Under the pieces are notes generated by a model, which was not told the DNA's origin, did not search any database, and was given only the letters and a program-made list of their open reading frames with translations. Position numbers and translations under genes: made by a program. DNA of 63,130 nucleotides, counting the filler, from Rhabdomonas costata (taxonomy: Eukaryota): NCBI GenBank assembly GCA_019059605.1. It is 22 parts of 22 records of this genome, joined end to end, with 100 filler letters (N's around TTAATTAATTAA, not from the genome) between each part and the next. Parts side by side here need not be neighbours in the genome. Positions count along the whole stretch, not along the records: positions 25,908 to 28,684 come from JAHMHO010002090.1; positions 28,785 to 31,542 come from JAHMHO010002091.1; positions 31,643 to 34,414 come from JAHMHO010002092.1; positions 34,515 to 37,286 come from JAHMHO010002093.1; positions 37,387 to 40,164 come from JAHMHO010002094.1; positions 40,265 to 43,034 come from JAHMHO010002095.1; 16 more parts are not named here. One strand, given 5' to 3'. Of the stretch, positions 28,501-40,526 are shown in pieces. How positions within the stretch are numbered: position 1 is the first letter of the stretch; each line of letters begins with the position of its first letter.

Positions 28501-31500
28501 TTTAACACAAGGGCTAGTTCCACAGAAAAAGCCTGGTTTCACCAAGAGGTGAAGCCCCTCCCCCATTGCACATTGCACGGCGAAGCGACACAAACACCGC
28601 ACGAAGCCACCTCAAAGGTAATCACCCGCTGCGCCCGCTGATCAAACTTGGCCTGCTCTGAGGTGAAGAACTCCACCACCACACNNNNNNNNNNNNNNNN
28701 NNNNNNNNNNNNNNNNNNNNNNNNNNNNTTAATTAATTAANNNNNNNNNNNNNNNNNNNNNNNNNNNNNNNNNNNNNNNNNNNNGTGTGTGGGTATGACC
28801 TGTGGACATCTGTTCTTTCTATTTCCTGTCGTGGGTATTTTTGCTTTGAAGTGGATTTGATTCATAAATTTCTCATATCGGATGGGTTTTTTGGGCGCAG
28901 GATTTCAGGTCGTTCTCAAAACCTCACCGAGCCTCCTCACAGTCCCCAAGGACAAGCAGCGCAGAAGTCAAAGGTGTCCGACGTGACAGATTGTGTAATG
29001 TTCCGTAAGCTGACTCTATGGGTGGGATACCAGCCTGCGTTCAGTTAGGCGGTGGGAGTTAGGTCCACGGGCTCCCACTCCAAATCCCATTTCTGTCGGA
29101 CCGACCCACAGATTTTCTCGGGGTACTCTCAGGGTCAGGGCGGTTGTGAGGTTGGGATTGCGACGCTTCCAAAGAGCGGCGTGTTTTTGTTAGTTAATTT
29201 GGCAATGGTTTTTTCCTTTATAGTCAGACAAAGTGAGGGGTTTGAGGGGTGCGATTGGTTGGGTTTGAGCTCGTGGGGTTTCTGGCATTTCGAAGCTAAG
29301 CTGTTGCCTGGACTACTAATGCAAGTCTTGTAGTGGTGACCTTAACACATGTATGGCGGTCGAACCACACAATCCAGTGAACACTGGGGTGGGTGTACAC
29401 TGCGGAAACTCCTGATGAACACACGCTCCTGCGTGCGTTGTTGGGCTGGAATGTTCATGGCTACGCTTGCAAAGCCTTTACGTCAACAAGGGGGGGGGGG
29501 TTTGGGGCGATCAACCGAGTGTTCTATTTAAAATAACAAAAATACTTCTTGAATGTTCTTTACTGTGGCTGCTGTGGTTCAGGTTATAGCCTAGGTGCTT
29601 CATACACTCAAAAATCAAGCAAAAAGCGCACCGTGAATAAAGATGCTGCTTAACAAAACGGCATGTCACGCACACACCCACACCGTCGTAGCAGCAATGG
29701 CAGCACCCCACCCCACCCCAATTTACAGTAGGCTGTATTCAAAAAGTATATTTCTCATCTTAAATGGGACACCCTGTACGTTTGCTTGCGGCATTTGCCC
29801 TTGTACGCTCGAATGCTCACCGTCTGTCGCTCCTCAGGAAGCTGCAGATGATTGTAGGCACCTACTTCGTGCTCGAAGCCATGGTTTGCGTGGTGTTATT
29901 GCTTGGATGAGGGTCGAAATGCCGTTGGGTGTCCCGACGTATTCTCAACGGATTGATGTGCGGAAAGTTGTTCAGTTCACCCTCTGTTGGTTGGCTTCCT
30001 TGAATTTCCGAGATTGTGCCGGACTGTGAACTGAGATCCAGTGAGTTGCTGCTGAATTATTATGAACCTGTGGTGGTGCACGATCTGAAGGAATACGGTT
30101 ACTAAGCAGCCGAGTTGTCCCGGGCCTCTTCTCTGACGGATTGGAAATTAACTCACTGCCGAGAGAACAACACTTCCCACCCTTCCCACCCCGCACACAG
30201 ACCTCCATTGAGCATGTGTGTTGTTCCGCTCGTGTTTTTGATGTCAGGCCGTACCGGGTTTCCCCCCCTTTTTTGTGTGCTGTTGTGGTGCACGGCACAG
30301 CTTCATGTAGCCGTCCAGCTGGACCTAATGACCTCCTCCTTCGTCGTGGCTGCCGCCAGTGAGGCGATTGACTTGCTCACCTTGGCTTCCTTAGCGTACG
30401 TTTTCTTTCTTCGCATCTGGTTTCTTTTGCTCGTTCAAACAACGATTGTGCGCTTTCGTACCCCGTCATATTCTTTTTCTTGCTGTGCAGTTTGTGTGCA
30501 TGCGACTGTCCAGTCTAATTCGAGCCTCGAAGACGGGAGGCTGGGATTCTCGTATAAAGCAAGCAAGATGACAAACCGAATGAAGTACTCCTGAGATCTA
30601 CGCCGGTATTCTAAGCAGATCTGGCAAAACCACCTCCCCTTCCGGTGAGTCAGCCAAAATGAAATCCTCTTTTCCCCAGCATGTGTTTGCGAAGTTCTCC
30701 TTGTCCGCTGACTCTTCAAGTGACTCCCTGCCATCGTTGTCCTGCTCATTCTGTTTGGCATGGCTGTAACTGGCTTGGAAAATGCGGTCGTGTGGCGGAC
30801 TGGCCGAAACAAAAATCCCAAACCAATGTGTGCGCTTGCAGCGTGCAGTGAGGACGTTTTATTTGTTCCCTTAAGCCGAACCCGAACTTGGGGGACTGAA
30901 TTAATAAGCGAAATACACGTGGGGCGCTCGAAGCCGCCCATTTCCCCAGTTGTTTTCCCAGCTCCCCGCAGCCGTACCTTCCCTCCGCCGGAAATAAAAG
31001 CATCGGAACGAAGTCTGTTGGTCAGGGCAGGGGGACGGAAGGGCACGTAAATACCTTTGGAAAGCAACAGCAGGGCAGAAAGCAATGCCAGTGTGAAGAG
31101 GTCATCGGTGGCCTGGTAGAGTTTCCGAGAATCAGGGCTGCACCGAGCCGCGTATCCACCTTCTGAATTTGGAAATGAAGCAGGGGGTTAGTCTCTGCTG
31201 CTTTGATCAGTTGCGTTGCATATCGTCGCGCCAATGGAAACACCAATAAACCCGGGAGCTCTATGGAGGTTTGCTGCAAGCTAGAGCCGACACTCAAAAC
31301 TCTAAAATGGGCAACGTCCAACGTCCAATCCGTTGGTTAAGTTTGACCAACAGAGGAACAGAGACTGAATAGACTGACCGCTGTTACCCCAATTTCGAGG
31401 TTGCAGCGAGAAGACAAGAAGGATTGCCAACCAACAAAACCGAAAATGAAAGCAAAGCGCAACTTCGACAACCTGCAGCGCACATAAAAGGTTCGGTTTA

Positions 31501-31883
31501 TGTTGCGCAAGCAACTGATCAAAGCAGCAGAGACAAACCCCCNNNNNNNNNNNNNNNNNNNNNNNNNNNNNNNNNNNNNNNNNNNNTTAATTAATTAANN
31601 NNNNNNNNNNNNNNNNNNNNNNNNNNNNNNNNNNNNNNNNNNAGGGCTGGGGCAAAACTCCTCGTCCACCGAGGAATGCACTCAGCAAATGACCAAGTTC
31701 ACAAGTCACAGGCTAAAAGGGTACATATTTGCGGAAAAAGCAAGGGGTGCACCTTTGTGAATGAAGGCAGACAGAAAAAAGCGCTTGTATGTTAGGAGCA
31801 AAGAGGAACTTCACTCCGGGAGGGGGCATGCCCCCCTTTCTTCCGTGAAGGAGGCAAAGCCCCCTCCCAATACCTCCCGTGGG

Positions 31884-33833
31884 TCACTTCTTCTTGTGCT
31901 TGTGGGGAGAGCGGCTGCGGCTTCTGGGCAGCTCTCGGCTGCGGCTGCGGCTCCGGCTGCGGTGACGCCGGCGTTTGTGCGAGCGCGACCTCGAGCGTGA
32001 GCGTGAGCGGGAACGAGACGACCTTCGAGAAGACTTGGGTGCCTGAGCGGGCGAAGAAGATCATAAAATGATGAAGCATTATCATCACAATAGTTTGTTG
32101 GCAGTGAAGTCGAAGAAAAAAACAGGTAAAGTATAGAAGAGGGCAACGCCCAAGCGCATAGGGTCTTATGTACAGGTCTGGCCGTTGAGAAGGAGCAGCT
32201 GTTTCCGTAGCACCCATAACGCAGGCCAGCCGACCTGTTACTTCGCCACTGGCACCCCGGACGATCTAGCACCGGACATGAACATTTATTCCTCGAGTTC
32301 GCATACTGTCCCGAATCGCATCTCGGATTCAACCACCTGCACAGAAAAGCTGACTCTCTGCCAAGCTCTGCGCAGAGTAGGACTGGTCCTTCCAGGCCGT
32401 ACAGCATGCCTCCGAAAAGCTGCATAGCCGGTTCTCATGGCCGGTTTTCCAGACTGATGGGTAATTAACGGGGGATGGGTAACGGCGCATACAGAGTAAC
32501 GGACGCTTACAAAAACAATACCCAGCTCCTGGTGTGTTGAATACAAAAAGGATGACTTTGAACGTTCGCATTTTTCCCTGTGAGTAAAATTCATTGAAGG
32601 AAAGCAAAGATTCCGGTGGACCGCGGGAGGCGAACCTCGGGTTGAGCCTGGGCCTCCTCAGCGAGAACCTTGCGATTGAGCCGCGCCATTACTGCCTTGA
32701 GCCGGCTCTGGGTCGCGGTGTCGGCCTGCACGTGGGGCTTCACCAGCCCATTGTGGCTTTTGTTCACCTTTGGGTTTAGCGTCGATACACTGTGACCACT
32801 GCTCGAGTATGAAGGAAAGAGTCGGGAATGGGGGTCGAGGGGCGGGAGGCAAAGCCCATGAGGAGAAAACCGATTAAGTGATTGCACTGACGAAGCATCA
32901 CAGATTTATCCATATATCAACAGAAAGGAACATGTTTATTCTGCGACCCCCGAGCCAAACAGCAAACAAACGGCCCATGTACTTAACACATGTACTTAAC
33001 AGGAAAGTTTGCGTGACTTCGGCAACAACTTAACCCCCAAGAGCCAGGAGCCCATTTATAAAAATACTGGAACCAAAACAAATGGGCACTCCTTTGTCAC
33101 GGCCCGGGCAAACCCGTACCTTGATCTGCCGCCCGTGCAGCGTGGCGCCGTTCAAGTGGAACGCGGAGTGGCACGGCCCCACATCGAGGAACTCCACAAA
33201 GGCATAGCGACTCAGCGCGGCGGGGTCCTCTCCGCCCAGGATGCGCACAAACCCAATGGGCCCACAGCTACTAAACAGCGCGATCAAGTCCTGAGAACCC
33301 AGCATATGTAGGAAAGCGGTGTAGACGCGCACTCCCAAGTAATCGATGATCCAGTGGCACAACGAGTTTAACTGGGGATTGGGCGACACTGCACTTTGAG
33401 TGACACTGTACAGACGACACCCAAACAGACAATTGATTTGACTTGATGGGTAATTGGCTTACCTCTTACCCCTGCATGCATGCTCTCCGTAGGTTGGTCC
33501 GTGGAGATGGGCGGGAGGTAAAACACACACACATGCCCTCCGTTTACCAAAACGGATCACACATAAACATATAAACTCAGGAGCACATCCATATTCCAAG
33601 GTGCGGATGCACTACCATGAAAGATGCAGGTTGTCATGAAAAAAAAAAGATGCAGGCTGTTCTCAATGCATCGAAAGGGTGACCTGCTCTGTCGTCTTCG
33701 GATCCAAGTTCGCCACGTGAACAGTCTTGGAGCTGGAGTCATCGGTGATCCTGTCACCCATGACAGTGAGAGGCTTCACAAACACGGGCTCTCCAGAAGG
33801 GCCGAGCACCATGGAAGCGGAGGAGCTTGCCAT
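31884..33833 (-). CDS. Complete RRM + RS-domain splicing factor (SRSF11/SREK1-like), 203 aa; exons 33833-33684, 33290-33120, 32767-32636, 32042-31884
   Basis: ATG to TGA through three phase-0 GT-AG introns. RNP2 TVHVANL, RNP1 RYAFVEF, then IK|VNKSHNGLVKP and a C-terminal RSRSRSRS...HKHKKK tail. Confidence 0.88.
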
Positions 33834-34888
33834 TGCAGAACAGCGTATGCTCAGAGCGTGGCAGCAGCGAGCGTCACACAGCCATTTCTTCCGGAGCTAA
33901 AAATCCACCTATTTTGGGCTTCAAAGAAAGGAAATTCTAAAGGCAAAAAAAAAATCTGTGAAAAGGCGAAATCTGACGATGGCGCGCGAAGGAAAAACAC
34001 CCCTTGGCGATGTCCGATTCTTCGCACACAGAAGCCGTTAGCCCAGAAAGAAAGACGTATCCCCAAGCATCAGTGTAGCATACGTGTGATCATGAGGTGA
34101 ACATCCTTATTGCAAATCAACTTCAACCACAACGTTTCTGGTGGGGAATCCCACAACCCCACACTTGCTTCTGGTCGGGTGATTGGTCTTTACGGACACT
34201 GCTTCATGCTGTGTCGCCTGCACGTGAAAATTAACGGTTTCCCCTCCTCTCCCCATGTAGCGACGGGAGCTAAGAAAAAACCAACACATAAAGAATTCGT
34301 TCAAATTCGTTCACGATTAGGGGAGGGAGGAACACCAACCAAACCAAACCGGGCCAGTAAACGCCCCCTCCCTAAGAAGGACAAGCTCCTCAGCGCCTTT
34401 CACCACCACCACAANNNNNNNNNNNNNNNNNNNNNNNNNNNNNNNNNNNNNNNNNNNNTTAATTAATTAANNNNNNNNNNNNNNNNNNNNNNNNNNNNNN
34501 NNNNNNNNNNNNNNTGAGCTGTCCCAGGTTCTTTTCAGATTTGTTTGTATCGGAAGGAACGTCTCGTTTTATATCAGTTCATCTCTTCGAAATGTATTCA
34601 GTTTCCGTTCCGGTTTCCATTGCCGCTCTCTCTCTCTCTCTCTCTTTATCTCGAGAACTCCTTTGCGAGCTGTTCACAAATATCAAACTAGTTTCTCACT
34701 GTTGCACGTTGGCTGATGTCAGCGTGGGGTTTTTGTTTGTGGCAGCCTAGATTTCGTGTGCGTTGGGCCTACATTTGCTTTTTGGGCTTCCCTTACTTCC
34801 TATCTTTGTCACTCTAGATGGAATTCTTTTCTTCACGTTCTGGCGGAATGTCGTGTGTGCGCATGTGGGTGTCTGTGCTTTGGCTCAG

Positions 34889-35290
34889 AGGTGAAGGACC
34901 TCCACGGCAACACTCCCCTTGACCTGGCCCAGAAGCTTGGCAAGGACAGCAACACCGAGCTGCTCCGTATGTCTTGGAAGCTGAGGGAGGCAGGAGGCGA
35001 GCAGGCAGTCGAGGGGAATGGGCAGGTTGAGTTGAGGGCTGATGCAAATTTCGGGCGTGAAAGGATACAGTTGTCGCACTGCACCTCTGTATAGGTATAC
35101 ATGTATTGCCCGTGCTGGTGAAAAAGGCACGGGTGAGGTTTATACCGCCGCCTCCTGAGTGCTGCTCGGTACTGGAATTTCAGGCTCCGCTCGGGGTACG
35201 CCCGCTGCTGCAGCTGCAGCCTTGCCTGCGGGGAAGACGGCCAAGGACGGCTCTGGGGAGCAGAGTGCGGTCAAGACGACGGCCGAGTGA
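34889..35290 (+). CDS. Ankyrin-repeat protein, last two exons (34889-34966, 35184-35290)
   Basis: VKDLHGNTPLDLAQKLGKDSNTELL matches the ankyrin consensus (D-x-x-G-x-TPL-x-x-A). A phase-1 intron leads to a low-complexity tail ending in TGA. Confidence 0.75.
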
Positions 35291-36033
35291 GTGTGGCCGG
35301 GCGCGGGGAGAGACTGGCGCGTCCTCTTTGGGAGACTGCTCGATCGAGAACGTTCGGGTCATGTTTAGGAAGTCATTACCCACATTGACACAAATACACC
35401 ACCCATCCGATAACCTGTCATTTGAAGGAATCAGCACTCGTTGTAGGTGTTAAGTGGGTGGGCTGTAGTTATAGCAGTGGTTCCGCTTATTGCGGCTGTA
35501 CTTTTTTCTGAGATAGAGGGGTGCGCTCATCGTGTGCCTGTGTATGTATTCCACCCATTTACTCTTGCTCTTGTATCCTCTTGTTGCCAAAGGAGGGAGA
35601 TTCTGCCAACGTGCTGCCCATTGTGTATACTGTGTGTTCGTGTGCCCGCTGAGCAGCTGTTTAGGAGCCTCGCAAAGCTGGTAGGGCTTTTGCCACTGCT
35701 CTGGCAGTTCAGGTAAACTCTGCAGGTTCGTCGGGTGATGAGGTTTTCTGAAAACAAAGCCTTTGCCCAGCGTTTGTCCAGCACACGGTGGTTCCGGAGG
35801 TATAATCCCATGAATTCTCCTTCGTGAAGTGGTCGCCCGGAATTTCCTGGAGTTCTTTGGTCATTCGTCGTACGGATACCGCTGCCCCTGCCCCAGCCTC
35901 AGGTAGCCATGTACTCTAATTTGCCCTCTCTAGGGTTGCCAGCAGTATTTTGCTCTGAGTTCTAAATTCTACATCCTATTGTCTCCTTTTGCGTGTCCCT
36001 GCCGAGCGTTGCGATGAACGGTCGGCTCTCCGG

Positions 36034-37001
36034 TCATGAGACCCTTGCTTCGGCCGGGCCGAACGCCCTCACCGAGGCGGAGTTAGACTTCCTGCACAAG
36101 TTGGCGTGCACCGCTGTGGCGGCCGCGGTTGCGACGGGGGGCTTCTGCAGCAGCTCCGCGAACTTGGCCCGAGCCTCGGTTGGATTGCGGTCACGGAGTG
36201 CGAAGGTGGCGCGGAATTTCTCCTCGAAGGTGCCCACGGCAGTGGGGTTGGCCACGGAGTACATCCTGGAGGCAGGAACCAGGGGAGAAGTGGAAGGTTT
36301 TATAAGCACCAGCGTTGGCAACATGGCTTGCCAGCACAAACGCCCCAGGAGCAAGAGATGTGGAATCTTGGTTTCTCTGGTTTTCCCAAAATTTAAACTG
36401 CTTCTCCCAACACCATCAATGTCACCCTGAAAACGTCCGTCTGGATCACCATAATTGAGAAGCACAAACGCTTGTAACATCACAGGTAAAAATAGATTCA
36501 CAGGTAAGCCTCCTGAAATTTGGTCTTTTGCTCTTCAAAAGAATTTTTTTCTGCGAATATTCCTGTGACCTTTTCTCAAGGGACGAAAGGACTCTTTGAT
36601 GGGGCCGAACCGAATCCAAGCCGAAGAGTTGGCATGTAAACAACACTTGCCAACATGAAATGACTGAGAACCAAAGGGGAACATGAATTTCCTCCTCGGT
36701 AAACAGTAAAGAAAAATGGGTTGAAAATTTCGCACAACTTCCGAACATTCCGCACATATGACCCCACAAAAAGGAATCAGGAAAAACCAGCGAAAGGTAG
36801 CAGACTGCAACTCCGAGCCTCTGAATGGGCAAAGCTTCAGCGTGGGGGTAAGACGCAGCCGGGTGGGGGGGGAGCGGGAACAGACCTCTCTTCGCTCTGC
36901 TGTACTGGAGAAACCCGGAGCACCTCCAGAACCACCGAAGGGGCACCAGCACTACGCTCGAGGACAATATCCACGGGGAGGACGTCACAGCTAAACTCCA
37001 C
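36034..37001 (-). CDS. Hypothetical protein, 3' exons, convergent with the ankyrin gene
   Basis: Two GC-rich exons join in phase 2 (VEFSCDVLPVDIVLE...QQSEER|MYSVANPTAVGTFEEKF...ARVS*). No family recognised. Confidence 0.5.
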
Positions 37002-37586
37002 CTGAGTCCAGTGTCGCACCTCCCCAAGGAGCAATCCAACCCACCAATGAACCAAAACTTTCTCCCGAGCTCGCGGGCTTCAGAGCGCAGTGATCACGAA
37101 ACACAGTTAAAAATTCACCTGTTGCAGCGTGTGGGCAAGGGACCACCACCTGCACCCACATTGTGATCGAAAGGAAGAGAGAGAGAGAGGCATAAGGACG
37201 GGCAAGGGACAAGGCAACACATAACTCTAGTCTTCCCAAGAACAGAACAAGAAGAACAACAAAAGACGGTCGCCTCAGACCACCGTNNNNNNNNNNNNNN
37301 NNNNNNNNNNNNNNNNNNNNNNNNNNNNNNTTAATTAATTAANNNNNNNNNNNNNNNNNNNNNNNNNNNNNNNNNNNNNNNNNNNNAGTGTCACCTTGTT
37401 TAAAGCGGAGCAAGGAAAGGAAGGGACTCTACCAGCACCCCGGGGAGGAAACTCCCCCCCTCCACAAATTCTTTTTCCAACGCACTGTCCGAGTCAGCTC
37501 AAAAAATTTCACAACCCGCAAAAGTGTGCAGCGAATCACGCTTTTCTTTTCGGAAAAGGTCAAACGGGTGGTGAGAAAACTGGGCA

Positions 37587-37674
37587 TTCACTTCACTTCA
37601 CTTCACTTCACTTCACTTCACTTCACTTCACTTCACTTCACTTCACTTCACTTCACTTCACTTCACTTCACTTC
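37587..37674. repeat. (CACTT)n pentanucleotide microsatellite, about 17 units
   Basis: Perfect tandem repeat, directly visible. Confidence 0.98.
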
Positions 37675-40526
37675 TCTATTCTTCTCCCATTTTCAACTTG
37701 AGTTGACGCCAAGTCACATTGCACAGTACTAGACGTTTAAGAGACAATGGCAAATTAACAAAGACGATAACTCAAGTACCAAAGCAAGAAACATGTGAAC
37801 GGGAATTCCGCCAAGCGCAAGATCCGGACCCCTCCCAAAACAAGAGCGGGCGAACGCACCAAGAGAGGGCAGGTTGAGCCCTTAATACTTGGTTGATCGG
37901 GAAAAGAGGGGGTGACAAGTCGAGGGGAGACGCTTCACATATCCATATATCCAACCCTCCGCCTTGCTTCACTCGCTAGACTCAGGCCACTTCCACCACA
38001 GGGCATGCTTCAACACTTCGTTGGGATGGCGTTTTCAAGGAAGGGGGTCATTCTCTTCATCGGACTGCCTAGGTCATTTCATCATATCAGGGAATGCGAA
38101 ATGGCAAGCAAGAGATGCTTGCCATGCTATGGTGGATCCCTTAACCACATCCCACACCTTTAGCCAATCTGTCATTTGAAGACGCACAACCACACGCAAA
38201 CCAGGATTCCAAATCTCCATGATGGGAGATCCGCAAGGGAACCAGCGAGCTCAGTGCTGACACAAAGGAGATGGCTTCGCTGTGTCAAAGCGAGCAAAAC
38301 AAGGAAACATTGTTAAAAGCATCTCAGAGTAAAGGGATAGTCAAAAGAAGACGTTTTTACCTAACAGGCGACACTGCCAAGCAAAAAACTGCTGTGATAT
38401 ATCCGTGGAAATGATAAAATTAGGCAGTCTGGTTTTTGCCCACAGGTATCCGCGCAACAGCCCAATGAAAAGCTCGCATGGCGAGCCGCATTTATGGTAT
38501 TTCAGGATTTCAGGGTTTCAGAATTTCAGAATTTTCATTCCTTTTCGTACATAACGACTTTATGAGCGTCAATAATATGTACTCGCTTTTGAGGTTCAGT
38601 GGCCAGTTTTCACATACGGTTCGTTTCAGCTGGTACCCCTAAAAACTCACTTTTAACATACCCGCGCAATATTTAAAGGTGTTGATCTCACGTGCTTCCA
38701 TTCGGTCAGACGGCGAGGGATCAGAAAACAAAGGCAGAAGGCAGAACAGAGAGCGACGCCAAAACACACCTGCAGTAACCACCTGTGAGAGAACACACAA
38801 GCCACAGAAGCGCGCCGTAGAAACTAGTCGATTCGAGCTCAAAAAGTAAAGCCACCAATCCCTCCATACAAACGAAACCGGTATTCAAGTTACAAAATTT
38901 CTTGCGCCACTGGTGCATTCTCGTATCTGCCCATGCGCCTTTCCACGAAAAAACAAAAGCAGAATTTTGTGCGCGACCTTTTAAACACAGGTCTTTTAAC
39001 CCTATGTATTAGCCGCTGCATCCTGTAATGTGCGGTGGATAAAAAATCTCAGCTCAAAGTGTCGCCACACACATTTCTGCCATTATCAGGCAAGTGACAA
39101 CCATGAACACAAAGTCGATTGAGAAACGGACTGGCAGAGGTGCAGAAAAGGAAGGAAAGACATAAAAATCCACAGAAAAAAGAGCCATCAAGATACCAAC
39201 GCGACTGACAAAGCATAGGAAGAGGGATGCACTCCTTTTCGTTTACTTCTACCCATAGGTATGTAATTTTGTGTGTTTTCTTATGGACACAGGGAAGAAA
39301 TCGTAGGAGACCAAAGCAGGAGCGCTGAACAGACCTCCAGAGAAAAAGGGCGCAAACCACCACAAGGTAAGGTTACTCAACTCTTGAGGCGTCAGGTGAG
39401 GAGGTTGCCTCGGAACGACTGAGAGAAAAACGAATCCCCAGATAGGGGCCACTCCGAACACATGTCACAAGGAAGCCATTTTCCGTTCTTTAAGACAACA
39501 ATTACCAATCACGGCGGATACTCAATTTGTCGAATGGTGGAAACTCTGTTGGTCATTGGTGGTGCGAAAAACTGAGACATCTGGCTTTGCTTTTAAAGAT
39601 CTTGTTGGGTACTTCTCCCAGATCTGCAAAGCGCGGTGACGCCTGTAGCACGGCAATCAGTATGCTGCCGAAATCAGATTAAACTTACTAACTTACTTAA
39701 ACAATGGAAATATGCTATTCTATGGGCAGAACTTGAGTGAGTTGCCCAGTCCTCGCAGATGGCGTGAGTCACAGTTGGCTATTTTCATGACAGGAAATTT
39801 CAAAGCTCCTTCGCTTCTTGGCAAAATGAATGTCAACCACGTCATTTGCCAAGATCTGCGAAATGACTGCGATTCAAAGGTGACAGCAATTCGCTAAACT
39901 CGCTCGAAGTTAATTAAGAGCAAGGCTTTCCTCACGACACTGAACGTCCGGTAAACACGGTCAAACCCAAAGGTAGAGCCTCCGGCAGGTTGACGGCAGT
40001 TGCAGCCACAGACAAAGTCACACTGAGCAAGAACAGCACGGCACTGCTGCGGCGGTGAGCCTGTTCAGCCTGCTCCTCGTTGCCAGAGGCCCGGCGTCGA
40101 GACCGTGCCATTTCTGAAGTTAACTCCAGAAAAACATACCCGTTTGGGGCATTACCCCCAACCCNNNNNNNNNNNNNNNNNNNNNNNNNNNNNNNNNNNN
40201 NNNNNNNNTTAATTAATTAANNNNNNNNNNNNNNNNNNNNNNNNNNNNNNNNNNNNNNNNNNNNGTTGGTGTTGGTAACTCACCTTTTCCTCACCTGTGA
40301 AGTCCAAAACAAGCAAGCGCTGCTCTTTGCTGTGCACCAGGCCACCGGAAGCCTGCAGCAGCATCCGCGAACCAGCACTTTCAGAGTACCATGAACCGCA
40401 CATCAGCCCTGCGCTTCCCAAATGGTGACTTCGTACCATCCGACTGACTAGATTTTTCAGAAAGAAAATGCTCTCATCTATTTTTCTCTCTCGATCTCTC
40501 TGTGTGAGCTTGGTGCGGCTCCTCAG

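Noticed and set aside
31183-31542. ~31-bp inverted repeat (31183-31214 / 31511-31542)
   Set aside because: Same contig-terminal fold-back pattern.
37388-37732. ORFs with HFTSL repeats
   Set aside because: These are translations of the (CACTT)n microsatellite.
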